A stretch of 64,000 bases of DNA from a virus, in the IMG/VR virus record IMGVR_UViG_3300031884_000939, positions 94,514 to 158,513 of that record. The stretch is one strand, 5' to 3'. The translations under genes and the position numbers were made by a program. The first letter of the stretch is position 1. Each line of letters begins with the position of its first letter. The notes beneath the pieces are model-generated. The model was not told where the DNA came from and searched no databases. It saw only the letters and a list, made by a program, of their open reading frames with translations. Of this stretch, positions 28,200-36,061 are shown in pieces.

Positions 28200-28925
28200 T
28201 TAATAAGTTAAATGGGTATTTGTTTTGAATGGCTTGCCAATTGCCGCATATTCTAATTGCTTAAGAACCTTTTGCTTCATTTGGCGAACTTTGATATGGT
28301 CGTGATTGTAATCAAAACTCTTTAGAAATCTAGCAAAAGTAGACTTCCTAACACGGCGAGGAATTGTATCCATATAGTTACTAATTGCCGCAGGATTGTA
28401 ACCAAATTTATCAATTAACTCGCAAGCAATATTAAACGAGTGGGCGCCCATTTCATCGCGATGTCCATAGTACTCTTGGTCAACCTTTTGCTTGCGTAGC
28501 TCTGCGGTGGATTCGTATCCTGGAATGTCTTTAAAGTTTCTGCTGCGATACTGTCGCATATGAATGATTTCATGTAGTATAGTATCAGCAAATATTGAAC
28601 AAAGACGCTGCCAACGATATTCAGTTATCTTAACTTCTCTATCATGTGGATGGTAACTTAATACTACCTCGATAAAACGCTTCTTACCACGCTTGTCCAG
28701 TACGCTGTCATAACTACCACCCATATAAGGAAATCCGCGATCCTGGGTCGGATCATACTGTTGCTTTTTAATACTAACTGGTAACTTGGATTTGATGTGC
28801 TTACTTAGAATACGGTGTAGGGAATTTAGGGGTAGTTTTTGACCAACAATATCTTTCCCAGCACCGTACAACATACTGTATAGATTATTGCGATCCAGCA
28901 AACTCCAGTTAAAATCCTTACGCAT
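28200..28925 (-). CDS. HExxH zinc-metallopeptidase-like protein
   Basis: TILHEIIHMRQ...YYG..DEM.AH. Confidence 0.6.
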   Translation of the reverse strand: MRKDFNWSLLDRNNLYSMLYGAGKDIVGQKLPLNSLHRILSKHIKSKLPVSIKKQQYDPTQDRGFPYMGGSYDSVLDKRGKKRFIEVVLSYHPHDREVKITEYRWQRLCSIFADTILHEIIHMRQYRSRNFKDIPGYESTAELRKQKVDQEYYGHRDEMGAHSFNIACELIDKFGYNPAAISNYMDTIPRRVRKSTFARFLKSFDYNHDHIKVRQMKQKVLKQLEYAAIGKPFKTNTHLTY

Positions 28926-28977
28926 TTGACTCCCCGATTGGACTTTAGTATTTAGCTAAAATCCGGGGGAATTTAAG

Positions 28978-30081
28978 TTAGTTAGAACACTGGGATTTTG
29001 GCACCAATTTCAGCTGAGTTTGTGAGGCTAAATTCATTTGCTCGGGTGTAGTTCTTAGCTGTATAGCTAACTCCCGGGAAAAGTTGCCATTTATGTTAAT
29101 ATCAGGAGATCCATAGTTTCTAATATTAACAAAGTACTTGCCATCTGTCCAGCCATTTTCCTGATGGTCCAACACAGGCCAATAGAAACATTCCCTGTGC
29201 ATAACTTGGTTTTGATTAGTAAGTACTGTAAGTTCGATAGCAGGGTTGGATAATATCATAGTATTGATTAAGGCATTGGCTCTTGCTACATCACTGAATC
29301 CTAACTTACCTCCGTTACCTCCCATAAACCCACCTGTGGCTATTGCGATAACTGCGGCATTCTGATTACAGTTACCCCAGCATGATCCTGCTCGTGGATC
29401 TTGGGCCGTTGCCTTAAGAGCTTCCCACAATGAATTTAAGTAATCGCGATTCCAACTTAACTTAAATGGGATAACCAATGTGCCATTGCGATTGTTGTCA
29501 AACTTTAATTGTGCTGGTTGTAATTCAATATTCATACCACGACGATAAAAATCGTTTAGTACTATACCTACTAACCTATCGCCTTGACTTCTTTCATACT
29601 GTAATGTGCTTAGTTGTGCCGCGGCCTTGGCGCCTTCTAAGTCCCCAGATACTTTACTTTCGTTTAATAGTCTGTTGGCAATGGCACTCTTTTTAATCCA
29701 AACTTTCATCTTAGTTTGGTATCCGTTATTGGATGGTTCTTGATTTACTATTTCGTATCGGGTAACATAGCCACTAGCATAACTGATAATTTCATCTCTA
29801 GTTAAATGACTATTGTTAACTTCGGTTTCAGATGCTATTACGGATCCCACTGCTTGCTCAACGGCTATACGAAATCCGTTTAGTCTAGATTCTTCTAGTG
29901 TAGCGCCTTCGCCAGCTACTTCGATATAATAAGTCTTTTCGCCTTCCCAGATGATCCACTGACCTAGCGATATAATAATACCTAATGGGTTAGGCATTAG
30001 CATGGCACCAGTAAAAGCAAACTGCGCTTGTGCTGAAGCAATTAAGCCAACACAAGCGAGTCCTGCTAAGATGCGACGCAT
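28978..30081 (-). CDS. Exported protein with LPP20/FlgT-N-like domain
   Basis: Signal peptide AQA; GEG.T.EES..N.FR.AVEQAVGSVI.SETEV...I..Y.SGYV..YEI. Confidence 0.55.
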   Translation of the reverse strand: MRRILAGLACVGLIASAQAQFAFTGAMLMPNPLGIIISLGQWIIWEGEKTYYIEVAGEGATLEESRLNGFRIAVEQAVGSVIASETEVNNSHLTRDEIISYASGYVTRYEIVNQEPSNNGYQTKMKVWIKKSAIANRLLNESKVSGDLEGAKAAAQLSTLQYERSQGDRLVGIVLNDFYRRGMNIELQPAQLKFDNNRNGTLVIPFKLSWNRDYLNSLWEALKATAQDPRAGSCWGNCNQNAAVIAIATGGFMGGNGGKLGFSDVARANALINTMILSNPAIELTVLTNQNQVMHRECFYWPVLDHQENGWTDGKYFVNIRNYGSPDININGNFSRELAIQLRTTPEQMNLASQTQLKLVPKSQCSN

Positions 30082-30082
30082 C

Positions 30083-30799
30083 TTACATTGCCATCAGTTT
30101 GCCGATTTCAAGACGGGCGGCGTTGTTTTTCTTGTCCCAACGCATTACAACCTTAACTGCTTTACCATCGTCGATAACTGTGCCTTCTTTAAGATACAGT
30201 CCACTAAGGATACCGCGGTTGGAGTTAGTAATTGTAGTACTCAACTTAGAAGCAATTTTAAGAGCATTGTTTCTAATAGCCGCATTTTCTTTACTATCAG
30301 TGCCACCATTAGTAACGGCTGAATCATCATCAGAAGCAATTAAGTCATCGGCTGTACCAGTATTGCCTTGGGTAGTAGGTTTGTTAGTAGAAAACTTATT
30401 ACTGTTATTATCCTGTGCGTGTTCCAAGTTTTCGGAAATCATAGTAACAGAAGTTTTAGAAGCAATCGTTTCTTTGTTAATAAAATCGTTTAATGATTTT
30501 TTAGCTTCTAGTTCTGCCGCACGAAACGCTTCGCGAGCTGAGTTATGTGACCCACCCCATGTAGGAGCATAGCCACTTACTTCTACTGCTTCGATCTGTC
30601 CACTTAGATTATAAATGATCTTAACACCATCTCGTTTAAAATCATTTACTGCTACTCGTTGATCCGAGATAGGCGCACTAGCATTAGAGCCTGGTTCAAT
30701 ACCTGCGCCACTACTTAAACTATTAGATGGAGCAGAACCACAACCTACTAATGTAGTTACTAAGCCAGCCATTGCCAAAATTAAAATTCTTTGTTTCAT
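30083..30799 (-). CDS. LPP20-like outer-membrane lipoprotein
   Basis: Lipobox LVGC; A.RAAELEAKKSL.DFI...; GILSGL. Confidence 0.6.
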   Translation of the reverse strand: MKQRILILAMAGLVTTLVGCGSAPSNSLSSGAGIEPGSNASAPISDQRVAVNDFKRDGVKIIYNLSGQIEAVEVSGYAPTWGGSHNSAREAFRAAELEAKKSLNDFINKETIASKTSVTMISENLEHAQDNNSNKFSTNKPTTQGNTGTADDLIASDDDSAVTNGGTDSKENAAIRNNALKIASKLSTTITNSNRGILSGLYLKEGTVIDDGKAVKVVMRWDKKNNAARLEIGKLMAM

Positions 30800-30878
30800 A
30801 ATTAACCTCAAGGTTTGTTATACTTTACATAGTATAGCACCGTAGGGTATCAAAGTCAATTGATTTTGGAGCCAAAAT

Positions 30879-30902
30879 AAAAGCCCCAATTAAGGGGCTT
30901 TT
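30879..30902. terminator. Intrinsic terminator
   Basis: AAAAGCCCC-AATTAA-GGGGCTTTT. Confidence 0.8.
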
Positions 30903-30918
30903 GGTAAAGTAAAATTAA

Positions 30919-31170
30919 TTACTTAACAGCTTTAGTAAAAGACTTAACTGCGTCTTCAGCTTGTGTCTTAACGATAGCTGTGATTGATTCGATTGCTGAT
31001 AACTGAGCACGAACGAAATCACTAGCGTCAGAAGTAAAACTAACCAAAGTCTTACTGAGTTCAGCTGGTTGTACATAAGCCAAAATAGCTTGTGTGTTCT
31101 TTTCAGCTTGGTCAATGAACTTAGCTGGGTTCAATGCTTCTTTTAATGTATCAAAGTTAAATGTATTCAT
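30919..31170 (-). CDS. Phasin-like amphipathic helical protein
   Basis: Ala/Lys/Thr-rich helical sequence; strong RBS; TGC-Nn-GCA palindromes upstream. Confidence 0.4.
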   Translation of the reverse strand: MNTFNFDTLKEALNPAKFIDQAEKNTQAILAYVQPAELSKTLVSFTSDASDFVRAQLSAIESITAIVKTQAEDAVKSFTKAVK

Positions 31171-31229
31171 GGTAAATCTCCTTAAAATTAAGCGAGGTTT
31201 TTGTTAGCCCGAACCATTCGGCACTAACC
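31171..31229 (-). promoter_or_regulatory. Structured 5'-UTR (hairpin plus ROSE-like anti-SD), copy 1
   Basis: GTTAG-TG-CCGAA-TGG-TTCGG-G-CTAAC, then CTCGCTTAA..TTAAGGAG. Confidence 0.65.
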
Positions 31230-31244
31230 TTTCTCACAAGTATT

Positions 31245-31292
31245 TATATTGCGACGCAATATATAATATATATCTATTATATTGCGACCGCA
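31245..31292. promoter_or_regulatory. PhaR-like operator boxes
   Basis: Perfect palindrome TATATTGCG-A-CGCAATATA (31245-31263) and TGCGACCGCA (31283-31292). Confidence 0.5.
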
Positions 31293-31319
31293 CATTTTTT
31301 TCAAGCCTATTTGGCTACT

Positions 31320-32027
31320 TTAATTACGGAGTTTTGCCAATCCCAAACCGCGGAATAATTGGATATATGCCCACCCTAAATCAAACTCAAACCATTTACG
31401 GCTTAGTTTTGGGTTAGCTGGATCTGCGTGGTGGTTATTGTGTAATTCTTCGCCACCGATTATAATACCCCATGGTGAAAAATTAGTACTAAAGTCCTGG
31501 GTTTGTTTATTGCGATAACCCCACCAATGTCCCAATCCATTTACTACTCCAGCCGCCCAGAATGGAATCCACAACATTTGAATGCCCCAAACTAAGAATC
31601 CCCAGCCCTGGAATAATATTACATTGATAACCAACATTATCATAATACCTAGCCGACTATGTGGAGTATAAACTATTTGTTCTATAGTATCTTCTGGCGT
31701 TCCTGATCCATAAGCCCGTACCATTGTTTTATCTTTACTAGCACGATTATAAAGCAATGCGCCCTTAAAGAACACAGTCCAAAAACCAAAGATGTGCGGG
31801 CTATGTGGATCACCTTCTGCGTCATCGAACCTGTGATGTTTGCGATGTATAGCTACCCATTGTTTAGTAACCATACCCGTTGTCAGCCATAGCCAAAAAC
31901 GCATAAAATGTTCTAACACAGGATTGAATATTAATCCTTTGTGAGCTTGTCCACGATGTAAAAATACTGTAACGCAAACAATAGTGATATGTGTTACTAT
32001 TAAGGTATAGAGTAATATAAGCATCAA
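31320..32027 (-). CDS. Delta-9 acyl-CoA/acyl-lipid desaturase (DesA-like)
   Basis: His boxes HRGQAH, HRKHH, HNNHH; DPHSP; GGEELH; FDLGW.YI. Confidence 0.9.
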   Translation of the reverse strand: MMLILLYTLIVTHITIVCVTVFLHRGQAHKGLIFNPVLEHFMRFWLWLTTGMVTKQWVAIHRKHHRFDDAEGDPHSPHIFGFWTVFFKGALLYNRASKDKTMVRAYGSGTPEDTIEQIVYTPHSRLGIMIMLVINVILFQGWGFLVWGIQMLWIPFWAAGVVNGLGHWWGYRNKQTQDFSTNFSPWGIIIGGEELHNNHHADPANPKLSRKWFEFDLGWAYIQLFRGLGLAKLRN

Positions 32028-32031
32028 GTAC

Positions 32032-32586
32032 TTAGCCCAAATCAGCGTAAGGCGCCCAAAGATTCTGTAAATTTAAAAAGAATATATTCTTATTAGTAGT
32101 AACAGCTTCTTGAGCGTATGTAAGCATACTTGGTGGCGGTATATGCGTTACAACTTCAGCATCACCGTGATCCTCGTGTACTTCTAAACCATGTTTATTA
32201 GCCAAGTGCTTCATAGCACTATTGCGGTTCAAACAATGTAGGTATAATGTATTAAATCCGCGATTGCGAATCCAAGTAATAGCTTCTTCCATAAGTTGAT
32301 CTGCTATACCCCGATGTTGTTCTTCTTCGGCAACCATAATACCAAACTCCATATCCCGTTCAGATATTCTAGCCATATGGATAACCCCTACCCATTTGTT
32401 ACCTTTTGTAGCTACTAGGAAGTAATGCTCGTCAGGATTAGCCAATATACGATCTATTAAATTGGCGATAAAGTCAGGACTAGTAGCTATACCAAAATAG
32501 GTAGCTAGAGTTTCTGGGGATTTCTCCCGCAACCAGTCTCCATATAAATGAAAATCCTGCATAGGTAAAAAGCGTGTGGCTAACAT
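32032..32586 (-). CDS. GNAT acetyltransferase
   Basis: EFGIMV...QHRGIA..LM..A; HCLNRNSAMKHLANKHG. Confidence 0.85.
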   Translation of the reverse strand: MLATRFLPMQDFHLYGDWLREKSPETLATYFGIATSPDFIANLIDRILANPDEHYFLVATKGNKWVGVIHMARISERDMEFGIMVAEEEQHRGIADQLMEEAITWIRNRGFNTLYLHCLNRNSAMKHLANKHGLEVHEDHGDAEVVTHIPPPSMLTYAQEAVTTNKNIFFLNLQNLWAPYADLG

Positions 32587-32587
32587 A

Positions 32588-32677
32588 TTAATAGTTGTGA
32601 TATTGGGTACGAGCTTTAGCCGCTTCTAAACGAGCTTCTAAAAATGCTTGCCAAAGATTCTTTAATAGCTTCTTCAT
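32588..32677 (-). CDS. 29-aa amphipathic micropeptide
   Basis: MKKLLKNLWQAFLEARLEAAKARTQYHNY fits exactly between its neighbours. Confidence 0.5.
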   Translation of the reverse strand: MKKLLKNLWQAFLEARLEAAKARTQYHNY

Positions 32678-32678
32678 T

Positions 32679-32819
32679 TTATAAACCGCGATATTCAAAG
32701 TATTTGACCCAATACTCAACTTCAGCATGGGACTTTGGTTCTTTAGCATTGATAAATTGCTCCAAAGCAGTTGGTTGTTTTGCGAAGAACTGGGTAAGTT
32801 CCTTTAATAGTTTTGTCAT
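32679..32819 (-). CDS. 46-aa protein, DUF3563-like
   Basis: LEQFINAKEPKSHAEVEYWVKYF; AAGGAG RBS. Confidence 0.55.
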   Translation of the reverse strand: MTKLLKELTQFFAKQPTALEQFINAKEPKSHAEVEYWVKYFEYRGL

Positions 32820-32928
32820 TTTGTGACTCCTTTTTGATGTTCTCAGTGTTTCTACTGAGTACTTTTATTTATGCTGTGCCGCCGCATAGAATATTAAAGT
32901 TTTATTACAATACCTTATAAGTATTGCT

Positions 32929-33393
32929 ATGGAATTATGTAAATTACCTAACTGCAATAAGCCTGTAAAAAACTATTGTACTCATTTTTGCTGTAAATCT
33001 CACGCCGCTAAGTATGGCGGTTTATCGCGGTATCAAGGCTATCCAAAGTTACCAGTTATAGATAACCGTATAAGACCAGCAGATTATGTATCACAATTCT
33101 CATTACCATACAAGGACAGATTACCCGAAGTAAAAGGTAAATGGGTAGCCTACGTAACCGCTAGACAGCAACGAATAAAACAAGCTACACCGCAATGGGC
33201 AGATCTTGAAATTATACGGTCGACTTATGTAAAGGCTCAAGAGCTTACAAAACAAACTGGAATACCGCACGAAGTAGACCATATTATTCCTATCAAAGGG
33301 GAATATGTATCAGGGCTTCATGTACCAGCAAATTTACAAATACTAACAGAGTACGAAAATCAATCCAAAACTAACAAGTTTAAAGTAGAATAA
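32929..33393 (+). CDS. HNH endonuclease
   Basis: ATPQWAD, HEVDHIIPIKG..VSGLHVPANLQILT..EN.SK.NK; N-terminal Cys cluster. Confidence 0.9.
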   Translation: MELCKLPNCNKPVKNYCTHFCCKSHAAKYGGLSRYQGYPKLPVIDNRIRPADYVSQFSLPYKDRLPEVKGKWVAYVTARQQRIKQATPQWADLEIIRSTYVKAQELTKQTGIPHEVDHIIPIKGEYVSGLHVPANLQILTEYENQSKTNKFKVE

Positions 33394-33426
33394 TAGGCAT
33401 ACTAAATAATGAACAAGGAGAACACT

Positions 33427-33585
33427 ATGTTATCATTTATTAAGAAGTTATTTGGCTCTAAGCCAGCAGTTAAAGCCGCACCTTATAAAGTTGAGGCTCC
33501 TGTAGCTGAATCAAAGCCAGCTAAGGCTAAAAAGGCTACTGTTAAAAAAGCTACTACACGTAAGCCAAAAGCCCCTAAGGCTTAA
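33427..33585 (+). CDS. Lys/Ala/Pro-rich histone H1-like small protein
   Basis: MLSFIKKLFG...APYKVEAP...KKATVKKATTRKPKAPKA; CTAAATA and AAGGAG upstream. Confidence 0.65.
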   Translation: MLSFIKKLFGSKPAVKAAPYKVEAPVAESKPAKAKKATVKKATTRKPKAPKA

Positions 33586-33872
33586 TGGTTTAAGAAGTAC
33601 CGGATTAATCCTATACTGTCAATAGTAACTAGGAAGGCGGAGTTTGCGAGTAATCCAAAACTCCGTCTAGTCCAACAAGCCCATGCGCTGGCACAACACC
33701 CAGCAATAAAAATACTATAAAGTGGGACCACTGGAATAACAGGAACGGTTATAGCAAATATAACGGCTGATATTACACTACACGACCACGCAAATACTTC
33801 GGCAAAGAATCTAATTCGATTGCTTTTAAAATCAGTTTTGATATACTGCCAACTGTTTGTAATCCATTCCAT
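33582..33872 (-). CDS. Small three-TM membrane protein
   Basis: Hydrophobic helices. Confidence 0.6.
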   Translation of the reverse strand: MEWITNSWQYIKTDFKSNRIRFFAEVFAWSCSVISAVIFAITVPVIPVVPLYSIFIAGCCASAWACWTRRSFGLLANSAFLVTIDSIGLIRYFLNH

Positions 33873-33873
33873 A

Positions 33874-34101
33874 CTATAACCATTTCAATCTAAAATATGT
33901 TGCGTCACTAGGGTTTTCAAATTTAAAAACAAATCCTTCTGTTCCTTTGTAGCCATGTAAATGATATCTGCCGCCCGGGGCTTCGGCAATCCATGCTAGT
34001 ATTTCTCTAATAGGAAAATAAGGTGCGTGGGTTATTTCGTCCCACATTATAATAACCTCTGTCCATTCAGGATATGGATATGTATAATCTATTTTTTCCA
34101 C
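33874..34101 (-). CDS. Small protein, LKW-motif family
   Basis: C-terminus FKFENPSDATYFRLKWL. Confidence 0.7.
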   Translation of the reverse strand: MEKIDYTYPYPEWTEVIIMWDEITHAPYFPIREILAWIAEAPGGRYHLHGYKGTEGFVFKFENPSDATYFRLKWL

Positions 34102-35117
34102 TGTTCGTACAACGATTGGCTTGCTAAATTCTTACCTTTCGATTCGCACATAATATCGAAATTATCTAAGAATGTAAGAGCCCATTCGTTAGTAGCTGTG
34201 TTCCAGTAAAAGTCTGAATGGGCTCTTAGTTTTTGTTTTTTGTAACCGGACTCTAAGAGCGTACCCATACTAGGCGGGGTGGATGTATTATGTCCAACAA
34301 GTACATCCTCTCTACTTACGGAGTAATGGCAAGTAGGACGAGAACCGCGCCAACTATCGCACACACGGCTAACTCTAGGATCTCGCGGTTGGATATATTC
34401 TCCCTCTCGGATCCAATGGTGGTGAATGTCAAGTACAATAGGTACAATGTCACTAATAGTAAGGCAATCATCTAACCCCCAGGCGTTTTCTTCGTTTTCG
34501 ATGGTGATACAGTTACGAGCTTCAAGTGACAATTTTTTGTAGGCTTGTCTAATACCTTCTGGCCCTTGACGACCTGAGATGTGTACGTTAATCTTATAAT
34601 CTTGGAATCTTTTTCCGAAACCCATCCAACGGACCATATCTGCATGATATTCAAATTCCTTTATCGATTGTTCAACAATACCTGGATTGCTACTGGCAAG
34701 AACAGTGAACTGACCAGGATGGAAGCTGAGGCGAATATTGCGAGCCCTAGCAATGTCTCCCACTTGTGCGAAGTGTCTTTCTGCGTATGCCTTGACATCG
34801 GACCTCTGCCAAAAATACGACCAATTGGCATGAGTATAAGCAGGAAGCAAGTCACTGCTGAGACGTACCATACGAAGTGATTCATGTAAATTTCCAACTC
34901 GTTCCACCAACTTTCTTGTTGCTTCAATGTTTTGGACCATTAGGTCCCATAGTTTTTGTTCTGCTACATCACGACTCTGCTTATTCAGCCAAGTAATTGT
35001 AGTACTACCTGTATTGTATTGTTTAGCGTCATCTTTTGGTTTGATGCCAGTTACCTGATCAGGAGTATCAATCCATTTACAAGCAAAGCCAATGTGTGGT
35101 ATAGTCTTAGTCGTCAT
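34089..35117 (-). CDS. uvsE: UV-damage endonuclease
   Basis: IGFACK, RLSSD, RLSFHPGQF.VL.S, EFEYH, TIEN.E, LDIHHH, HYS, AHSDFY, CESK.K. Confidence 0.92.
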   Translation of the reverse strand: MTTKTIPHIGFACKWIDTPDQVTGIKPKDDAKQYNTGSTTITWLNKQSRDVAEQKLWDLMVQNIEATRKLVERVGNLHESLRMVRLSSDLLPAYTHANWSYFWQRSDVKAYAERHFAQVGDIARARNIRLSFHPGQFTVLASSNPGIVEQSIKEFEYHADMVRWMGFGKRFQDYKINVHISGRQGPEGIRQAYKKLSLEARNCITIENEENAWGLDDCLTISDIVPIVLDIHHHWIREGEYIQPRDPRVSRVCDSWRGSRPTCHYSVSREDVLVGHNTSTPPSMGTLLESGYKKQKLRAHSDFYWNTATNEWALTFLDNFDIMCESKGKNLASQSLYEQWKK

Positions 35118-35148
35118 GTTACAATAATACTATAACACGAATTAATTG

Positions 35149-35709
35149 TCAATCGTTTAGGATCTTTAAGACATTTTCAAAAGAGTCTTTGCCAATATTT
35201 GGTAATTCGGCTAACTCTGGCATAAAGTCATTAGGATGATCAACTACAATCCATTGTACATGGGGTGTTGATTTAATTGCTTGGGTAACCAAACCGCGAT
35301 AGTTTCGAGCTTTAACTTCCTCGAACTTGTCAGCTAATTTTTCTTTTTCGGTCCAATCAAATCCTATTAACAGCACTACATCGCAGATACTTGCGGCTAA
35401 ATTCATAGCAACGATTTCATCTTGATTGTTAACATCATGCCCTAAAAAATCGCCTTCGTATAATCTTACACCTTGAGGACGATTCAGTGATGTATAAGCC
35501 GAATTTGGAATATAAAAATTACAAGTAGCTTGAAAGGCTCTTTTAATCAATTCTTGTGCTTTGGTAACATCGTGACAAATAACATTATCAGTATTATATG
35601 CTCGCCAAGTTTTCCAAGAACCCCAAAATGCTCCGCCACGCTTCATACGCATGATATCAGCAGTAGGATCTAATACAAGATTGTCAGCAAGTACCCATTG
35701 AATATTCAT
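35149..35709 (-). CDS. Conserved hypothetical protein (Rossmann-like)
   Basis: AMNLAA...DVVLLIGFD motif; CTAAGTA upstream. Confidence 0.55.
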   Translation of the reverse strand: MNIQWVLADNLVLDPTADIMRMKRGGAFWGSWKTWRAYNTDNVICHDVTKAQELIKRAFQATCNFYIPNSAYTSLNRPQGVRLYEGDFLGHDVNNQDEIVAMNLAASICDVVLLIGFDWTEKEKLADKFEEVKARNYRGLVTQAIKSTPHVQWIVVDHPNDFMPELAELPNIGKDSFENVLKILND

Positions 35710-35802
35710 ACATTTACTTAGTTAAAAATATAATATAGGTACTTTATTCAGTACCATTTGAACCCGAAATCTAGCTAAATATTTGTTACATTGGAGACAC
35801 AT

Positions 35803-36060
35803 ATGAAAGACTTTTTAACACACGACGAGCGCATTGAAGAAGGTACAGCATTACGAGATTTGGAAAGAAAAGTCCATTGGCTAATGTTTCAATTGGCCCA
35901 AGCAGGACTCGCTACAGATTTAGCTGGCAGCTCATATGCGTTCCCAGATGATTTAAATAAACAAGATATTCAAAATGATGCTATGGCAGTTGCTATGAAT
36001 GCTCAGCACGATAATGGACTCACCGCTGGGTGTGGCGCATTACAAAATAATCAAGAATAA
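35803..36060 (+). CDS. Hypothetical protein co-transcribed with the cyclase
   Basis: CTAAATA promoter, GGAG RBS, stop 1 nt before the cyclase ATG. Confidence 0.6.
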   Translation: MKDFLTHDERIEEGTALRDLERKVHWLMFQLAQAGLATDLAGSSYAFPDDLNKQDIQNDAMAVAMNAQHDNGLTAGCGALQNNQE

Positions 36061-36061
36061 A

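Noticed and set aside
30002-30572. Plus-strand ORFs antisense to real genes (also 8329-9912 minus, 47828-49174, 50507-52618, 55045-56401, 59347-61225)
   Set aside because: Shadow frames opposite well-supported genes, with no RBS or recognisable motifs.
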